This document shows, in pieces, positions 24,121-38,760 of a stretch of 64,000 bases of DNA. A program made the position numbers and the translations under genes. The DNA is taken from the NCBI RefSeq assembly GCF_009834535.1, contig NC_045697.1:105464001-105528000 (forward strand), written 5' to 3'. The notes beneath the pieces were generated by a model that made no database searches, had not been told where the DNA came from, and was given only the letters and a program-made list of their open reading frames with translations. How positions within the stretch are numbered: the stretch's first letter is position 1; each line of letters begins with the position of its first letter. This DNA comes from Camelus ferus. Lineage: Eukaryota.

Positions 24121-25049
24121 CACATTTTTTTCTTTCTTAAAATATATGGCTATTTTCCAGGTCAATGTATATAGATCTAGTGCACTCTTTTTATAAGTTG
24201 AGTAATGTTAAGTTTTAAAATGAAATGTATCCAGCCAATTTCTTTTACAAGTTTTGTCATGTATATTGAAGATATTTTCTCTCAGCCTATTTCTGAATTT
24301 TGACAAGAAGTTTTAATTTTATGTATTCAAATCTGTTGATAATTCTTTTATGGTTTCTGAGGTCCAGAATGTTCTAAAGTTACCTCTATCTGCTTTTCTT
24401 AAGATTACACAAATATCTCTTAAATATTCTACCAGTATACTTATTTTTTGACATTTAGTTTAAAATTACTGTGTGATTTATTTTTTGTGTTATCAAATAT
24501 GATATGATTTTATTTTTCCAGATGGATAGTAATCAAATAAAGTGTACCTTATCCAATATATTATAAAATCATATTTATTATATTTAAAATTCATATGTAC
24601 TTAGATACATTTCTAGACTCAATATTCTCCTATATGACTATTCCTATGCCAGCATATTCTATTAAGACTATAGTTACTCAGTAGTATTGCATTGTATTTA
24701 GTAGGAAAAGTTTCCCTTTACTTAAGTTTAATTTTCAGTTTTTCATAATTGCCTCAGGGAATGAAATATGAAATATAATTGTTACTTTACTAAAAACCCT
24801 TTATTGTAATTTAATTGGAAATGCATCAAATGTATATATTAATTTGGGGAACACTGACATTTGTATGATATTGCCTTTGTATCCAGGATATGCTAGCTCT
24901 CCGAAGTTACTCAGGTCTCAATTTTGTGACTGTATGTATAAGTAAACAGACAGACTTTACAGGTTTTCTTTGACATCTACAGAATATTTTAGATGGTTGT
25001 TTATGAACTTGGTCATGCCCCAAATTTGCCTTTCCAAAAGTAGTTTTTT

Positions 25050-25665
25050 CAGATCATGTTCTCTGAATATGATCAAATAAAGACAGAAAACAACAATAAA
25101 AAATTGTCCAGGATAGTTGTCATATACTACTGGTGAAGGTATAAGTTGGTGAAATTTATATCATGAAAACAGATTAAAGCGGAATACTAAACATACATAT
25201 ACCTGGGAGTTTCACAACTACATATCGGTCTTGTGTACAGATGTGTACCAAGATACAATGCAAGAATATACTTAACAGTACTATTTACAATAGCCCCAAA
25301 CTGGAAACAACCCAAATATCTGTCAGTAGTGGACTACATAAATAAATGTTTGTATCTTCAAACAATGGGATACTATATATCAATGAGAAAGAACAAACCA
25401 CTGTTACATGGAAAACCATAGATGACTCTCATAAGGACAATATTAAATAAAAGAAACCAGGTAAGAAAGAATACATATAGTATAATGTCATTTATATAAA
25501 CTTAAAAAATAGGCAAAACTAATTTATGGAAGTTGGGATAGCAGAGTGCTGGGGGACATGGCAAATGGGAGAGAATATGACTACTGCAGAAATGAGGATG
25601 TTCTCTGTTGATCACTTTGTGAAAAATTATTAAGCTGTACATTTATGATTTATGCACCCTTTTGT
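25050..25665 (+). mobile_element. L1ME-type 3' end
   Basis: ATAGCCCCAAACTGGAAACAACCCAAAT; GTACATTTATGATTTATGCAC. Confidence 0.75.
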
Positions 25666-26504
25666 GTATGTATGTTACACTATAATTGTGTCCAAGATAT
25701 ATTGTTACTTGTACTTATTTCCTGAACAAACAAGCAAAAAGTCACTCCCAAATCCACTCCAACCAATTAAACACATATATCAATTTCAGTACACAAATAA
25801 ACATTTTTCTTCAGATGGAATGGACAGTTTTTGTTGTTGCTCATCCATTATTTTTTTAACCTCATTTTTAATCAAAAGAAGTTCTGACAAATGGCTCTAG
25901 AAGAATTACAATGTTGAGAAAAGATGAATATTAGTGCAGAGGAAGGAAGTGCCTGGTCCTGACTGCTGCATTGAAAGCTATCAGGCTGACCCAACACAGT
26001 GGAAGCAATATCCCTCAGAGCAGAATCTCCAATGACCTTGAACTATTTAAAGTTCTAAACCAGAAGTCCTTGCTCTAAGCCATCTCATCCCTTGCTTCCC
26101 AATTCCCTGCAAATCTGAGTGGCTTCTGACCCCTATGGTTCTTCTCACATTCAGGGCTCTACACATCTCTTGTACCTCTTCTTTGGACAAGATTATACCC
26201 TCCTAATTATGCTGCTCATGGCCCCCTGAGTAAAGGGACACCTGCCTCTCAGCATCCTACAACTTGACATAGACTCTAACCATTTTCCCAGTGACTCTAG
26301 ATTGTTCTTGGACCTGAAATAGAGTTCTGGACTGAGGATGCAGATTTAAAAACAAACAAACAAACAAACAAAAACCCCTTCATTTAAAATTCAGACTTAA
26401 CAGAAAAGCTACAAAAATAGTAGAAAGATTTCCTGTATTTTCTTCTTCCAGATTCCCCAAATCAACATTTTACCACATTTGCTTTATTGCTCTTTCATTC
26501 TATA

Positions 26505-28173
26505 TTCCCGTTATTTGTGGCAGTTTTGTTCCATAAAGTCACACAAACACTGAATTAGCAAGTACTGGGCTCCCAGGGGAAAAACTGGGTTAGGTTCCTC
26601 AGAGCCTCCGCTCACAATATTCCCTCAACTACTCAATACCATACCTTGTTTAATGCCTGTGTCTGTTTAAGGACACTTTAAAAAACACATACAGTTGATT
26701 CATTAACGTTGAACTCACAGCCAAAAGTACTACAACCCTTGTCTGAAAGGAGCTTATCTAACATATGTCTTCACCAAGCACATCAAAGACTTCTTGCACT
26801 CAGGGACACTAAACAGCATGTCACTTCTGTGCTGGGGGTCATTCTAAACCACAAAATCACCAAAGAAATGTGCAAAAAATGCAAAAACTGTGGCACTAAA
26901 GTGACTGTGAACAGAACACTTATTTATAGTATGAGAGCTGAAACAAGAAGGCAAAGCATATTTGCAAACGATGTGGCTGGCAAGGGCTTAACTTTCAGAA
27001 TATATAAGCAGCTCATATAATTCAGTGACAACCACAACAAAAAAACCCAAACAACCCAATCAAAAAAATAAACAGAAGACTTACTGGACATTTCCCCAGA
27101 GAAGACATAGAGATGGCCAATAGACACGTGAAAAGATGCTCAATATTGCTAATTATAAGAGAAATGCAAATCAAAACTACAATGAGGTATCACCTCATAC
27201 CAGTCAGAATAGCCATCATTCAAAAGTCCACAAACAATAAATGCTGCAGAGGGTGTGGAGAAAAGGGAACCCTCCTACACTGTTGGTGGGAATGTAAATT
27301 GGTGCAGCCACTATGGAAAACAGTATGGAGATTCCTTTAAAAACTAAAAATAGGCTTACCATCTGATCAAGCAATCCCACTCCTGAGCATATATCTGGAG
27401 AAATCTCCAGTTTGAAAAGATACATGCACCTCACTGGTCATAGCACCACAATAGCCAAGACATGGAAATCCTCATTAAGTGTCCATCAACAGTTGAATGG
27501 ATAAAGAAGATGTGGCATATAAACACAACGGAACATTACTCAGCATTAAAAAGGAATGAAACAATGCCATTTGCAGCAACATGGATGAACCTAAAGATTA
27601 TCATACTAAGTGAAGTAACTCAGACAAAGAAAGACAGATATTGCATGATTATCACTTACATGTGGAATCTAAAAAATAATATAAATGAATGTACATGCAA
27701 AGCAGAAACAGGCTCAGACATAGAAAACCAGCTTATGGTTACTAAAGGGGAAAAGAGGGAGGAAGAATAAATTAGGAGTATGGGATTAATAGATACACGC
27801 TACTATATAATAAATAGATAAACAACAAGGATTTACGGTATAGCACAGGGAACTATATTCAATAGCTTATAATAACCTATAATGAAAAAGAATATGAAAA
27901 AGAATATACATGTATAATTGAATCACTTTGCTGTAAGAAACTAACACAACATTGTAAATCAACTATATTTCAATTAAAATAAAAGAAGGCAGAGCATCTC
28001 TTGGTCAACTTCTACTGGGAAGTGTGTGTTGGGCGGTTCAAATTTTTCACTGCTCTGAGCAAGTCCATGAATGACGACAGAAGCACCACTAACATTGATT
28101 TTGTAGTTACAAATAATTTCAGTGAGTGAATAATTTTGCAAGTATGAAGCCCATGGATAATGAGGATTGACTA
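26505..28173. mobile_element. MER82 (TcMar-Tigger) split by an L1 insertion
   Basis: ACACTGAATTAGCAA, GTTGATTCATTAACGTTGAACTCACAGCC, AGTATGAGAGCTGAAACAAGAAGGC, ATAATGAGGATTGACT. Confidence 0.9.
26960..27982 (+). mobile_element. 5'-truncated L1 (~1.0 kb)
   Basis: ORF2 C-terminal Cys-rich motifs + 3'UTR; TSD AAGAAGGCA(A/G)AGCAT at 26945-26959 and 27983-27997. Confidence 0.95.
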
Positions 28174-28689
28174 CATGTAGGTATATATGGATATACGTAT
28201 AGATATACACACATATATAGCTGTATGCACACAACACATATTTCTGAATCATTTGAGAGTAAGTTGCACATATGCTATTCCTTTAGCCCTAAATATTTTA
28301 GTGTGTATTTACTGTAAACAAGGATATTGTCCTATGTAACCACATTACAATGATTGCAACCAGGAAATTAATGATAAAATACCATTATTGCAGCTACAGA
28401 TTTTATTTATATTTTGCCAATTATTTTTCTAATGGCCATTATATTTCAGGATGCAATCCAGAATTACATGGTGCATTTTGTTGTCATGTCTCTTTGGTTT
28501 CCTTTAATCTGTAAGAGTTCCTTAGTCTTTATTTGCCTTTCGTTGATGCTGCCATTTTCGTGTTATTAGGGTATGGAAGTAATCAAGAAAAAATTGTAAA
28601 AAATGTAAATGAAGTGGGATAAGACAATATTCTTTATTAAACACTGTTGGATTCTCATGATGATAACAGAGAGGAAATGCAGCAATGGG

Positions 28690-28880
28690 AAGCAAGAACT
28701 AATGTTTCACCACCTACTACCTAGTTTCATTTTATTCTTTCTGAATTAATTCCACCTTTATGCAAATGAGGGCACTGAGGGTCAGAGAAGTTAAGCATTT
28801 GCGGAAGGTCACATACCTATCAGTGGTCGGATTGGAATTCAAACCAATTTAATAAGGCACTGAGAAGCTATGCTCTTTTA
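28690..28880 (-). mobile_element. MIR fragment
   Basis: AATGAGGGCACTGAGGGTCAGAGAAGTTAAGCATTTG...AAGGTCACA. Confidence 0.8.
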
Positions 28881-29619
28881 AATATACATACTGCTGTTAC
28901 TAAGATGGCATCCAATGAAACATCAAATAATCTCAAGTACTACATAATTGCTATACTATCCTAATTTTTCTTATCCCTTATTGTAAAAAAAAAAAACCCA
29001 CAAAAACAATATAAGAAAAACAGAATGGGCTTTAACAAAACAATTGTAAATCTAAACAGAACCATGAAAAACTTTCCATCAGGAGGTGGCCTGGGGAAAA
29101 CCTCATTACCATTTTTCCCATCAGCATCTCCTATGAGTATGCATCTAATTTTATTGTTAAACTTGACCTTAAAGATTTGTTAAAAGCAGTATTTACAAAG
29201 TTTTTAGCAGAGTCTCCCTTAAGAGAGGAGATATATGGGTTTGATTAGTCTGTGTTCTCAGGCATGTTGGAAAGGGATATATCCTGGGAGTTAAGTTTGA
29301 ATTTAGGGGCTGCAATTCCAACCCAGAAAAAGTTTGCTTAGCTAGAATACTTGTCCTGTCCCAGTGGTCCGGTGAATACACTGCATGGTCACGTTGCTTT
29401 GTAACAGCTGAAACCAACAGCCCGTGTGAGCACCAGGCTGTAGATGGAACGTCTGGTGGCACTTGAACATCCACACAAGAGCCAAGCGTGAATCGTCTCC
29501 CTGATTCTTCTGCCTTCATTTGGAATCATAGAGTCAGAAACACAGAACTGTGGGGAATATAAGAAATCCTCTTGTCTAACCCTCAAATTTGGGAGATTTC
29601 TTTCTTATTAAAATAGATT

Positions 29620-29830
29620 AAAAAATGTTAACATTCAGTGCACCACTATGCTGTGCTTGATATCATACTAGACATGCTTCATTACTTAAGTTTCACAATT
29701 CTCTAACACAGGTGGGACTGTTCATGGTTTACAGATGGTGGAACTGAGGCTCAGTAACTTGTCCCAGGTCACACAGCTAAGACGTGATGGATTGAAGTCT
29801 GCGGTCAGGGCTAACCAAAAAGTTTGTGTT
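29620..29830 (-). mobile_element. MIR fragment
   Basis: TTTACAGATGGTGGAACTGAGGCTCAGTAACTTGTCCCAGGTCACACAGCT. Confidence 0.85.
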
Positions 29831-31137
29831 CATTTTATCCCATCACTGGTTTTCTGATATTTCCATCTTCTCTCAGGAGTTGTTGCTGTACTTACACTTA
29901 TTAATAATTACTATGGGTTTAAGAAAAATTGTGAATTAGGTGAAATCTGCTCTTGGTATCTTCTGAGTCATCATCTTAAACAATCTCTTTACAAGGCTGG
30001 CTCTTACGCCTAGGACCAGTGTCTTTGAAGATGTATTTCCTTTATCTACCACTCTGACTTTCTCAGATCCAAAGGTGTCACCTAGAGAGTTAGATAAATT
30101 AATACTTGTAAATGTGAAAATGGGCAATTACTAGATGAGTACCTTTTAGAGAACTTATGTACTTTTCTTTCTAAGACAGAGTTAACATTGGAGTCTAATT
30201 CATTCAGGAGAGATCTTTCAGGCCAATCTACAGAAAGTCATATGAGATCAAGTCTGTTAATGAAGTAGATAGAAGCCCATCTGTGGAAACAGAATATTAA
30301 TGCTCAGCTCTTCTATGTTGTTTCATAACTCCTGATAAGCTAATAAAGTAGGTACAGGAAATAAAAATGGTACATCAGGCAATTAAAAGAAAGCCTGAGT
30401 TCTGAGTTCATACTAACAGGTAATTATTATAAAATTAGGCCTAGAGAAGTTTAAGAACACTTTGCTAAAAGGTTTTCATTATCTTTTTGCCTTGAGATTT
30501 GTAAAGAATGTAAAATGCAGTAGCAGAAATATCAGCGTCTGAATAAAGTAGTCGCGATGGCCTCAAATGCACGCTGAAATCAACTAAAAGTCTCCAAACC
30601 CACAGCATTTCAACTCATTTCTTTGTACAAAAGAGCTTCAAATGGCTGGAGAGTTTTAGAATTCCCTTCCTTTATGAAATGGAAACATAGAGAAGTATTT
30701 GTTCCAATCATAATGTCTGAAGACTATTGTATGTCAAAGGAAAATTCACATCTGAAATCCATGTGTTTAACATCTGCAGAAGCAGTGGGAGAAAAGAAGG
30801 ATTTGACCAATTTATTACAAAGCTCTAGATACAATTAATCTACCCATATGCAGAAAGATGGAAACTTAGGAAATGAAGTGGGAAATCATTGTTATCAAAT
30901 ATATTTTATGATTAGTAGTTCCAAAGAAACACCCATACACATACACAGAGAAATACACATGTGCATGAAATTTTCTATTATCTAGTGCCAAATTAAGTGA
31001 TAAAATATAGAGAGCAGGAGAGTTAACTAGCTCCAAGACAAGATAGTGGAGATAAACTGCTGTCCTTGTAAAGGAAAGATAAATAGTTTCTGATCCTCCA
31101 TACTTAGGGAAATTTTGTTAAATAACTCCTCACTAAA

Positions 31138-32210
31138 TTCCAGAAGCTGTGATGATCTGCTTCAGTAAAGGAACTATGATTAGGGTTACCATTTTGTTAA
31201 GGTTGCAGTGGTTCACCCACACCTGCCATGATCCATCTGGTGCTTGTGATGATCTAGATGAGTTGATAGAGATATGATGTACCACCACAGCATCTTTCAG
31301 TTCTTTTTTGGTGATGGATATCTCTGCAATTCTTCATGAGAGGTGGCATTTCTTCTGATTTACTTCCTTTGATTACTTCTGATTATCTACTTTTGCCAGG
31401 GGATGCAAATTTTAGGGACTTCCATCATAACACCTCTCACTCCAGCCAACATGAGCAGCTACATATATCTGCATCAATGTATATTTAGAACTTGTGGAAA
31501 TTACCAAAGAGTGGGCTTGAGGACCTGATGGACCCACTACCAGATGATCCTGGCCTATAACTGCATTGCCTAACTGGCTTCCATGAGCTCTCTTATGGTA
31601 GGACTGAGATGGTATCCTATGTCTCCTCGGAAAGTCTGGGCATTACTCACTCCCCAGAGGCCTTTGCCTTGGGAAATGACTTCAGGTTTCTTTGGAGCAA
31701 GAAAGAAGGAATATTTACTCTACATAGCTGGTTGGCATTGGAGGTTCATTCTTCAAAGGGATCTAACCTTTCCTTCAAACACTATAGATAGAGAGCTGGA
31801 AATGGGATGGAAGGTGGTGATCTTCCATTATAGCTCTGACATAGCCTTCTGCTTACCAGATATCAATTTCTTTTATACACAAATCAAACGACTCCTTAGT
31901 CAGCTGTTCTTATATCTCAGCTCTACAGACATCATGATCTATTCACCATCACCAGAGGTCTCTGTGTGCCCAGCGCACAAAATACATCTCTGATCTTTAT
32001 GCCATGATGTTAATTACATTCACCTTACCTCTAAAGGTTAGGAGTTTCCTACAGCCTTCTGCCAGTTCTATGGTAGAGAATAGTCACCACCATGCTTCTC
32101 AAAAATTCCAGTGTCCCCTAACAACAAAGCATTCATCTCTGAGGTTAACTCAGGGATGGACAAGCAGACAAGAGCCCAGAAGTAGATACATATTGGGGAA
32201 TTTTGTATAA
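31138..32210 (-). mobile_element. Degenerate ERVL (class III) internal fragment: protease and start of RT
   Basis: Minus-strand translation VNQKKCHLS*RIAEISITKKELKDAVVV...APDGSWQVWVNHCNLNKMV and GSQLGNAVIGQDHLVVGPSGPQAHSLVIS resemble ERV-L pol/pro; boundary above ~31700 uncertain. Confidence 0.8.
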
Positions 32211-32279
32211 ATCAGTAGGCAATAAGTGAGGATAGGATCTAATAAGTGGGGCTTTAAGCATTGGTTTCCCCTTAAGGAG

Positions 32280-32870
32280 AAAATAATTGTATACCTGGAT
32301 TATATTCCTATCTCATACCATACAAAAAAAAAAAAAAAAAAACAACAAAAAAAAATTCCAAGATGGAGATATCTTAAATACGAAGAGTAAAACCCAAAAC
32401 AAGAAAATAGGACAATAACTTTATGACCTTAAGGAAGGAAAAGACTTCTTAAACAAGCATACAATTAAACAAAAACAAAAAGGCACTAACTATATGGGAA
32501 ATATTGATAAACATGACAACTTAACATTAAAAAACTCTAATCCAAAAGCAACCTACAGAGTTGAAGAAGATATTTGCAATATTTTAGCACAGAATTCATA
32601 TCCAGAATATTCCAAGGCCATCTACCAAAAGGTAAGAAAAAAAATCTAGTGATACAGATCAAATGAATAATCAGTTCTCCAAATGGCAAGTGATAATATC
32701 AGAAAATTAAAGATGCGAAGAATTACTATTTTGCACATCAGACTTCCACAAGTCTAAGTATCTCAAGAGTTGGAGAGAGCATGGAGTAGGAACAGTTATA
32801 TACTGCTAGGGGTAAAGTATTTAGTGAAGCTCAATGCGTTCCTATCCTGAGATGCAGAAATTCCATCAGG
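32280..32870 (+). mobile_element. Old L1ME ORF2 3' fragment
   Basis: TTTATGACCTTAAGGAAGGAAAAGACTTCTTAAACAAG; GAAGAAGATATTTGCAAT. Confidence 0.65.
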
Positions 32871-33673
32871 ATAATTATAATTGAAACCACACAGAAAACG
32901 TCTTCCTCCCTAGCTTGGCATGATATTCAAAAGTCCTACAGATGCTTGCCTTCAGATTAAGTTACTGTTTATAAAAGGTCATGGTTGAAATGCACACATC
33001 TTTTACTGGAGGAATAAATTAACCAGCACTATGGATTATTTTTATCAGCTTAACTTTTGTCTTCTAGACCAGAGTCCTGAGGAAGGACACACAAGAAGGA
33101 AAAAAAGAAATGTCGAAATGTCTTAAAAATGAACTTTACTATTGAGAGGGGATTCAAGGAAATGGCAATAGGCACACTGTCACCTTTTCTTCCTTGTCCA
33201 AGTTTGATTCAGCTACATCTTTTCAGTGAAAACACCTACTGGATTTAATGAAGCCTTTGATTTTGTGGAAACATTAGCAGAGAACGCTAGTGAGGGGAGT
33301 TTTCCCCAGTGAGCTCAGTGAGCACTTGGAGATCTGCATGGGGCATTGGGACACGGATTGCGAAGTGAGAGACTCTGGAATATTGCTTGATTTATAAGTA
33401 TTGTGGACCAGGGTTTTAGGAGGAATGTAATCTTGTCTATATTTCATGACTATGACTGGTCTCTCTGGCTTCCCATGGAGAAGCGGCTGATTCCCTGGGC
33501 CTGAACTTGGGGGACTGAGGAAAAGGGAGGCTCCCACTGGTTTCTTAGCAGAAGTACAGATCCAACAATAAGGAGCACTTTTACTCTCAACTATTTTGGG
33601 GAATGCTGCCTCTTAGAGTAATCCAACAATTATGAGCCCCTGTGAGCAGTCAAAAACAAGAACCCAAACATAA

Positions 33674-33734
<61 letters not shown>

Positions 33735-33751
33735 GTAGTAGTAGTAGTAGT
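33674..33751. repeat. Compound microsatellite (AAT)20(AGT)6
   Basis: Perfect repeats read directly. Confidence 0.97.
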
Positions 33752-33759
33752 AATATCTT

Positions 33760-36700
33760 AGTGGGTTCAAAAACCCAAGAAAAGACACATGAAAAGTAGA
33801 TCATGTGCCCAGTGAATTAGAACTACTAAAATATAGACAGATGACAACATAGACCAAAAATTAATAAACATGCTTGAAGAAATTAAAGTTGCACTACAGA
33901 CATACAAAAAATCTAAATGCAGTACATAAGCAAAAAACATAAATTTCCAACGAACCAAATCAGCAGATAGGATATCTGTTGCCAGTGATAATGTAGTAAC
34001 TGGGACTAACCTACTCTTCCACAGTAACAACCAGAAACCTGCATAAAATAGATGAACAAAGTTTTCTGACTGTGGGCAGCAGGCCGTGGCAGATAGTGAT
34101 TCCAGGGAGAAAGCAAACAAAGTCAGTGAGCCCTGTAATCACATTGATTGGCTGCCTGCAGGCATTTTCCAGACCACAGTACATGCAGGGCCTTCCAAGC
34201 AGAACACAGTAATTTTACTGAGTTGAAGAGACAAAGATCATAATTTGGGGAGGTCAAGGCAGCTAATAGTTGGGCTGAGAAAAAGACAAGAGAGAATGAT
34301 GAAGAGAAGAGCCCCAGAAATTTGCATAAGAGTCCCCTTGATTCTGTTGCATTAATAGGGTGAAACTCCGTGACAACTCTGAGAACTCACATAGATTTGG
34401 AAGACATTTTAGCTCTGACTAGCCAGACTGCAGTGTCCTCGTTGAATTCTCAGGGTATTCCACAGAAATTTCAGAAGAGTCGTGCCTTAGTATTAGAACA
34501 AATGTATAAAACTATTCCAGCATACAAACTATTCTAGATCTATCATAAGACAGTTTAAAGATAATCCTTTGGAGGACGAAGTATGCCAATGAACTAGTAA
34601 TTTAACTGCAAATCCAGAACAAAGTCCAACACTCTTTAAAGTTAGAAAACATAACCCAGTATTTAATAATGTAAATTTCACAATATGCAGCATCCAACAA
34701 AATGACTAGGTGTGATATGCCAGAATAAAGGAGAAAGGTCAATCAATAGAAAGAGTTCTGAAAATGACAGAGATGGTGGAAATCTCAGACAAGGACTTTA
34801 AAACAGCTGTAGAATTTAAAGGAAAACATTCTATCTGTGAGGAGAGAAATAGAAGACATAAAAATGACAAATGATACTTCTAAAAGTGAAAAATACAATA
34901 TCTGAAATGGAAAATTCACTAAACAGGATTAAGAGAATTTACACTGTAGAAGAATTCTTAGAAGAAAAGATAGGCAATAGAAACAATTCAGACTAGAGCA
35001 GAAAGAGAAAAGACATTGAAAAAAATGTACAAAGCAGAAATTAGTTAAATAGAAAGTGAACAAAGAAAACAAGCAAAAGCAACAGCTAGGTCTTTGAGAA
35101 GATCAGCAAAGTTGATAAGCTCTAACTAGACAAATCAAGTAAAGAAAAGACAGGACACAAATTACTAACATCTGGAATGAAAGAGGAAATTACTGCAGAG
35201 TCTACAGACATTAAAAAGATAATAAAAGATTATGATTATGAACTTTAATCTAAGCAAGTGGAAAACTTGAATTCCCTATATCTATTAAACAAATTGAATT
35301 TATACTGTAGTTGAATTATGCCCACTCCCTGCTGTCCCCAAAGTCCAGGTATAGATGCTTACATGGCTTAATTTGCTCAAATCCTTAAGGAAAATAATAC
35401 CAATGCTATACAAACTCTCTGAGAAAACAGAGAGGCAGGTACACTTTCCAACTTATTTTATGAGTCCAGAATTATCCTGATACCAAAAGTTGATGACACA
35501 TTACAAGAATATAAAAAGCTACAGACTACTCTTGCTCATGAACATAGATGTAAAAATCCTTAGAAATATATTAGCAAATAAATCTACAAATATATTAATA
35601 TAGAAAAGGCTAATATAGCATCATAAACTGTGTTTATTCCTAGGAATACAAAGTTGTTTTAACATTTAAAATTCAACTAATGTATTTTCCAATACTAATA
35701 AACTAAAAACAATATGCCATATGATCATATTAATAGAGGAAGAAAGTTGACAAAGTTTAATCCCCATTCATGATAACGCTCTGAGCAAACAGTAGTAAAT
35801 TCCTCAGCCAGAAAAACAGCATTTACAAATAAGTAGATAATATGAAGAAGGAGATGGTCACTGTTTAGATGCAAATTAATGGCTTTGAAGACCAATTTGA
35901 AGAAACAGTTAAAGCATACAAGTAAAATTATGAAGAGTTTGAAATCAAAAGGAAAAAGAAGTCTTGTATAACGGATTCAGTACATCTATCATAAAAAATA
36001 GGCATTTTAGAAAGATATACAACAGATAGAGAGAATTAATAACTAAACAAATAATAGAAGAATTTTCCCTAAGTTGAAGATTTGAATGCCATATTGGGGA
36101 GAAAAGACACACATACAGGCATATCCTTATAAAATTATTAAAACCTAAGCATAAAGACAAAATGTTACAAATTTTCAAACCAAAGAATAATTTTTTACAA
36201 AATAAAATGAATTAGAATATCATAAATCATCTATCTGAAATACCAGAAGGCATAAGATGGTAGAATAATATCTATAGACTGCAGAAAGAAAGGAGTTGTA
36301 ACTCAATAGTTTTCTGTTCAACCTAAGTATCATTCACTGCTAGGGAGGAAGAAAAATATTTGAAGATGTCCAGTAAAGCATATATAAAGGATTCTGAAGA
36401 AAAGCAAAAAACTGAAGAGAGACATTGAAGTAGGGGAAATGATGAGGAAATTAAACAATGGTGAGCATAAAACCTTGTTATATATACATTATGGACATCT
36501 AAGTGGATCCACTAGCTAGAATTCTACAAAATAAATCTAAATAATAATCTAGAACTAAAGATACTCAATTATCTCAGCAAAACTGGAAATTGAGAAAGGA
36601 GTCTTAGCTTATCAGTGCAGAGAAGAAGTACAAGGGAAATTAAATTTGATAAGATATGGTAATTATCTTATTTTTGAATAATATTAGAGAAATATAGATC

Positions 36701-38122
36701 TGATAATGAACACAGAGAAAGGAAAGTTCATCATTAATATGATAGAATAATCTGGCAGAATTTTGAAGTTAATAAGGGGGAAAGTGGAAAGAACAAGTAG
36801 TAGATAAACTAAAGATAATAAAGAAAAATGGAAAATAAGTAGTAAAATGAATGAAATATATAAAAACATTATACTAGGTGTGAACAAACAGAATTTATTT
36901 ATTATATGTTTTTTTCAAGAAACACTATAAACTGAGTGATTAAGAAAGATTGGGAATTAGAAAAGATCTTAAAATGTTTATAGAAAAATATCTAGGAATT
37001 GTCAACAAATATACAAATAAGAAAAGTAGTGATAGTGGACTTGCCTTATCAGACAGAAGAACAGACTATAAAGGCACTCTATTCAAAGCAATATTGTGTT
37101 GGTATATGAATAGGCATATAGATCAGAGAATAAAATACAGAATCCAAATATGTTATATTATATACAGAGGTTTACTGCATAACAAAAGTGGTAGCTTTTG
37201 GTGAGAAGTAAATGGATTACTTAATGAAGGACAATGGCTATAGTCTTGGAAAAAAATAAATTGGATATTTCTCTTCAACTTATACATAACTAAATCTCAA
37301 ATCAATTAAAGATTAATGAATAAACAATAAAATAACAACAATCCTAAAAAATCTATACATGCTAAGAGACAGGAAAATGAGACTTATAATTAAGAGAGCA
37401 AACAGTACAACCAACCAATGATTCAGATACTGGAATTAGGAGATAAGGACTTAAACAAAACTGTTTTGAGTATGCTAAAAAAATACATGAAAAAAATTAA
37501 AAGGTAGATATCTTAACAAAGAATTAGAGATTATGAAAAGAATTAAGTGGACATTCTGGAACTAAAAAATACAATATTTGAAATTAAGAACTCATTGGAT
37601 TGGATTAACTGTAGGCTGGACACAAACTCAGAAGTAAGTCAAATGAATTATGGGAAAACAACAAGTGGAAAGAAAGAGAACAGAGTATATAAGAGACATA
37701 TGGGGTCCATTCGAATGACTTGACATTCATGTAATTATAGTCTCAAAGGTAGAGAAGGAAGAGTACTGGGCAAAGCAATATTTTACAACTAATGGTAAAG
37801 AATTTTTTGAAAATTGATGAAAGACATCAACTTACAGATTAAAGGAGCTTAGTGAACCCTAAGCAGAAAAAATACAAAGAAAATCACAGGTAGGTACATC
37901 ATATTCAAACTGCTAAAAAACAAAGATAATGGGAAAAAAATCTTAAAGTCAGCTGGGCAGGTATACATTGCTTTTAAAAGAAGAAAAACAAAACTGATGG
38001 CTGAGTTTTCAAAAGTATTGTAGAAATCAGAAAATAATAAAACTACATTCTTTTAAACGTCAAAAGAAAAACTGCCCATTGTGAATCCTATATTCAGTTA
38101 AAACACCTTTCAGAAATGAAGC
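33760..38122 (+). mobile_element. Stack of old plus-strand L1M/HAL1 fragments (L1M 5' end at ~33970, ORF1/ORF2 pieces, HAL1-like ~35830-36700, ORF1 ~37380-38122)
   Basis: GACAAGGACTTTAAAACAGCT, AATTATCCTGATACCAAAA, GAAATTAAGAACTCATTGGAT and similar motifs. Confidence 0.65.
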
Positions 38123-38760
38123 ACATACTCACTGTGAAAAGCTGATCCTCTAAGATCAGCAACAAGACAAGGATGCTCCCTCTCGTCACTTTTATTCAAC
38201 ATAGTATTGAAAATCGTAGCCAGAGCAATTTGGCAAGAAAATAAATGCAATTAATTCAAATCAGAAAGGAAGAAGTAAAACTGTCACTATCTGCAGATGA
38301 CATTATGTATAGAAAATCCTAAAGAATTTACCAAAAACCTGTCAGAACCAATAAATAAATTCAGTAAAATTACAGGATACAAAATCAATATAAAAATCTG
38401 TTGCATATCTATATACTAATAAGAAACAAAGGTTTATATTGTTAAAGTGTCTATACTACCCAAAGCAATCTACAGATTCAGTGCAATCCCTATGAAAATT
38501 CCAATGGCATCTTTCACGGTAATAGAACAAACAATTGTAAAATTCATATGGAACCACAAAAGATCTGGAATAGCCAAAGCAATCTGGAGAAAGAAGAAAA
38601 CTGGAGGCAAACTATTTTTCAAACTATATTACAAAGTAATAGTGATCAAAACAATATGGTATTGGCATTAAAAATCAAACACATAACACATAGATTAATG
38701 GAACGGAATATAAAGCACATGTACAGTCAATTAATTTACAATAAAGGAGCCAAGAATATA

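Larger units (their letters stand above)
26380..28560 (-). mobile_element. L1MC4/5-like 3' end split by MER82 (parts ~26380-26495, ~28235-28560)
   Basis: CAGAAAAGCTACAAAAATAGTA...AACATTTTACCACATTTGC; TTCTGAATCATTTGAGAGTAAGTTGCA. Confidence 0.75.

Noticed and set aside
31583..31993. 136-aa ORF
   Set aside because: Antisense to the decayed ERVL internal sequence; no recognisable protein.
33613..33804. Poly-Leu membrane-like ORF
   Set aside because: Translation of the (AAT)n(AGT)n microsatellite.
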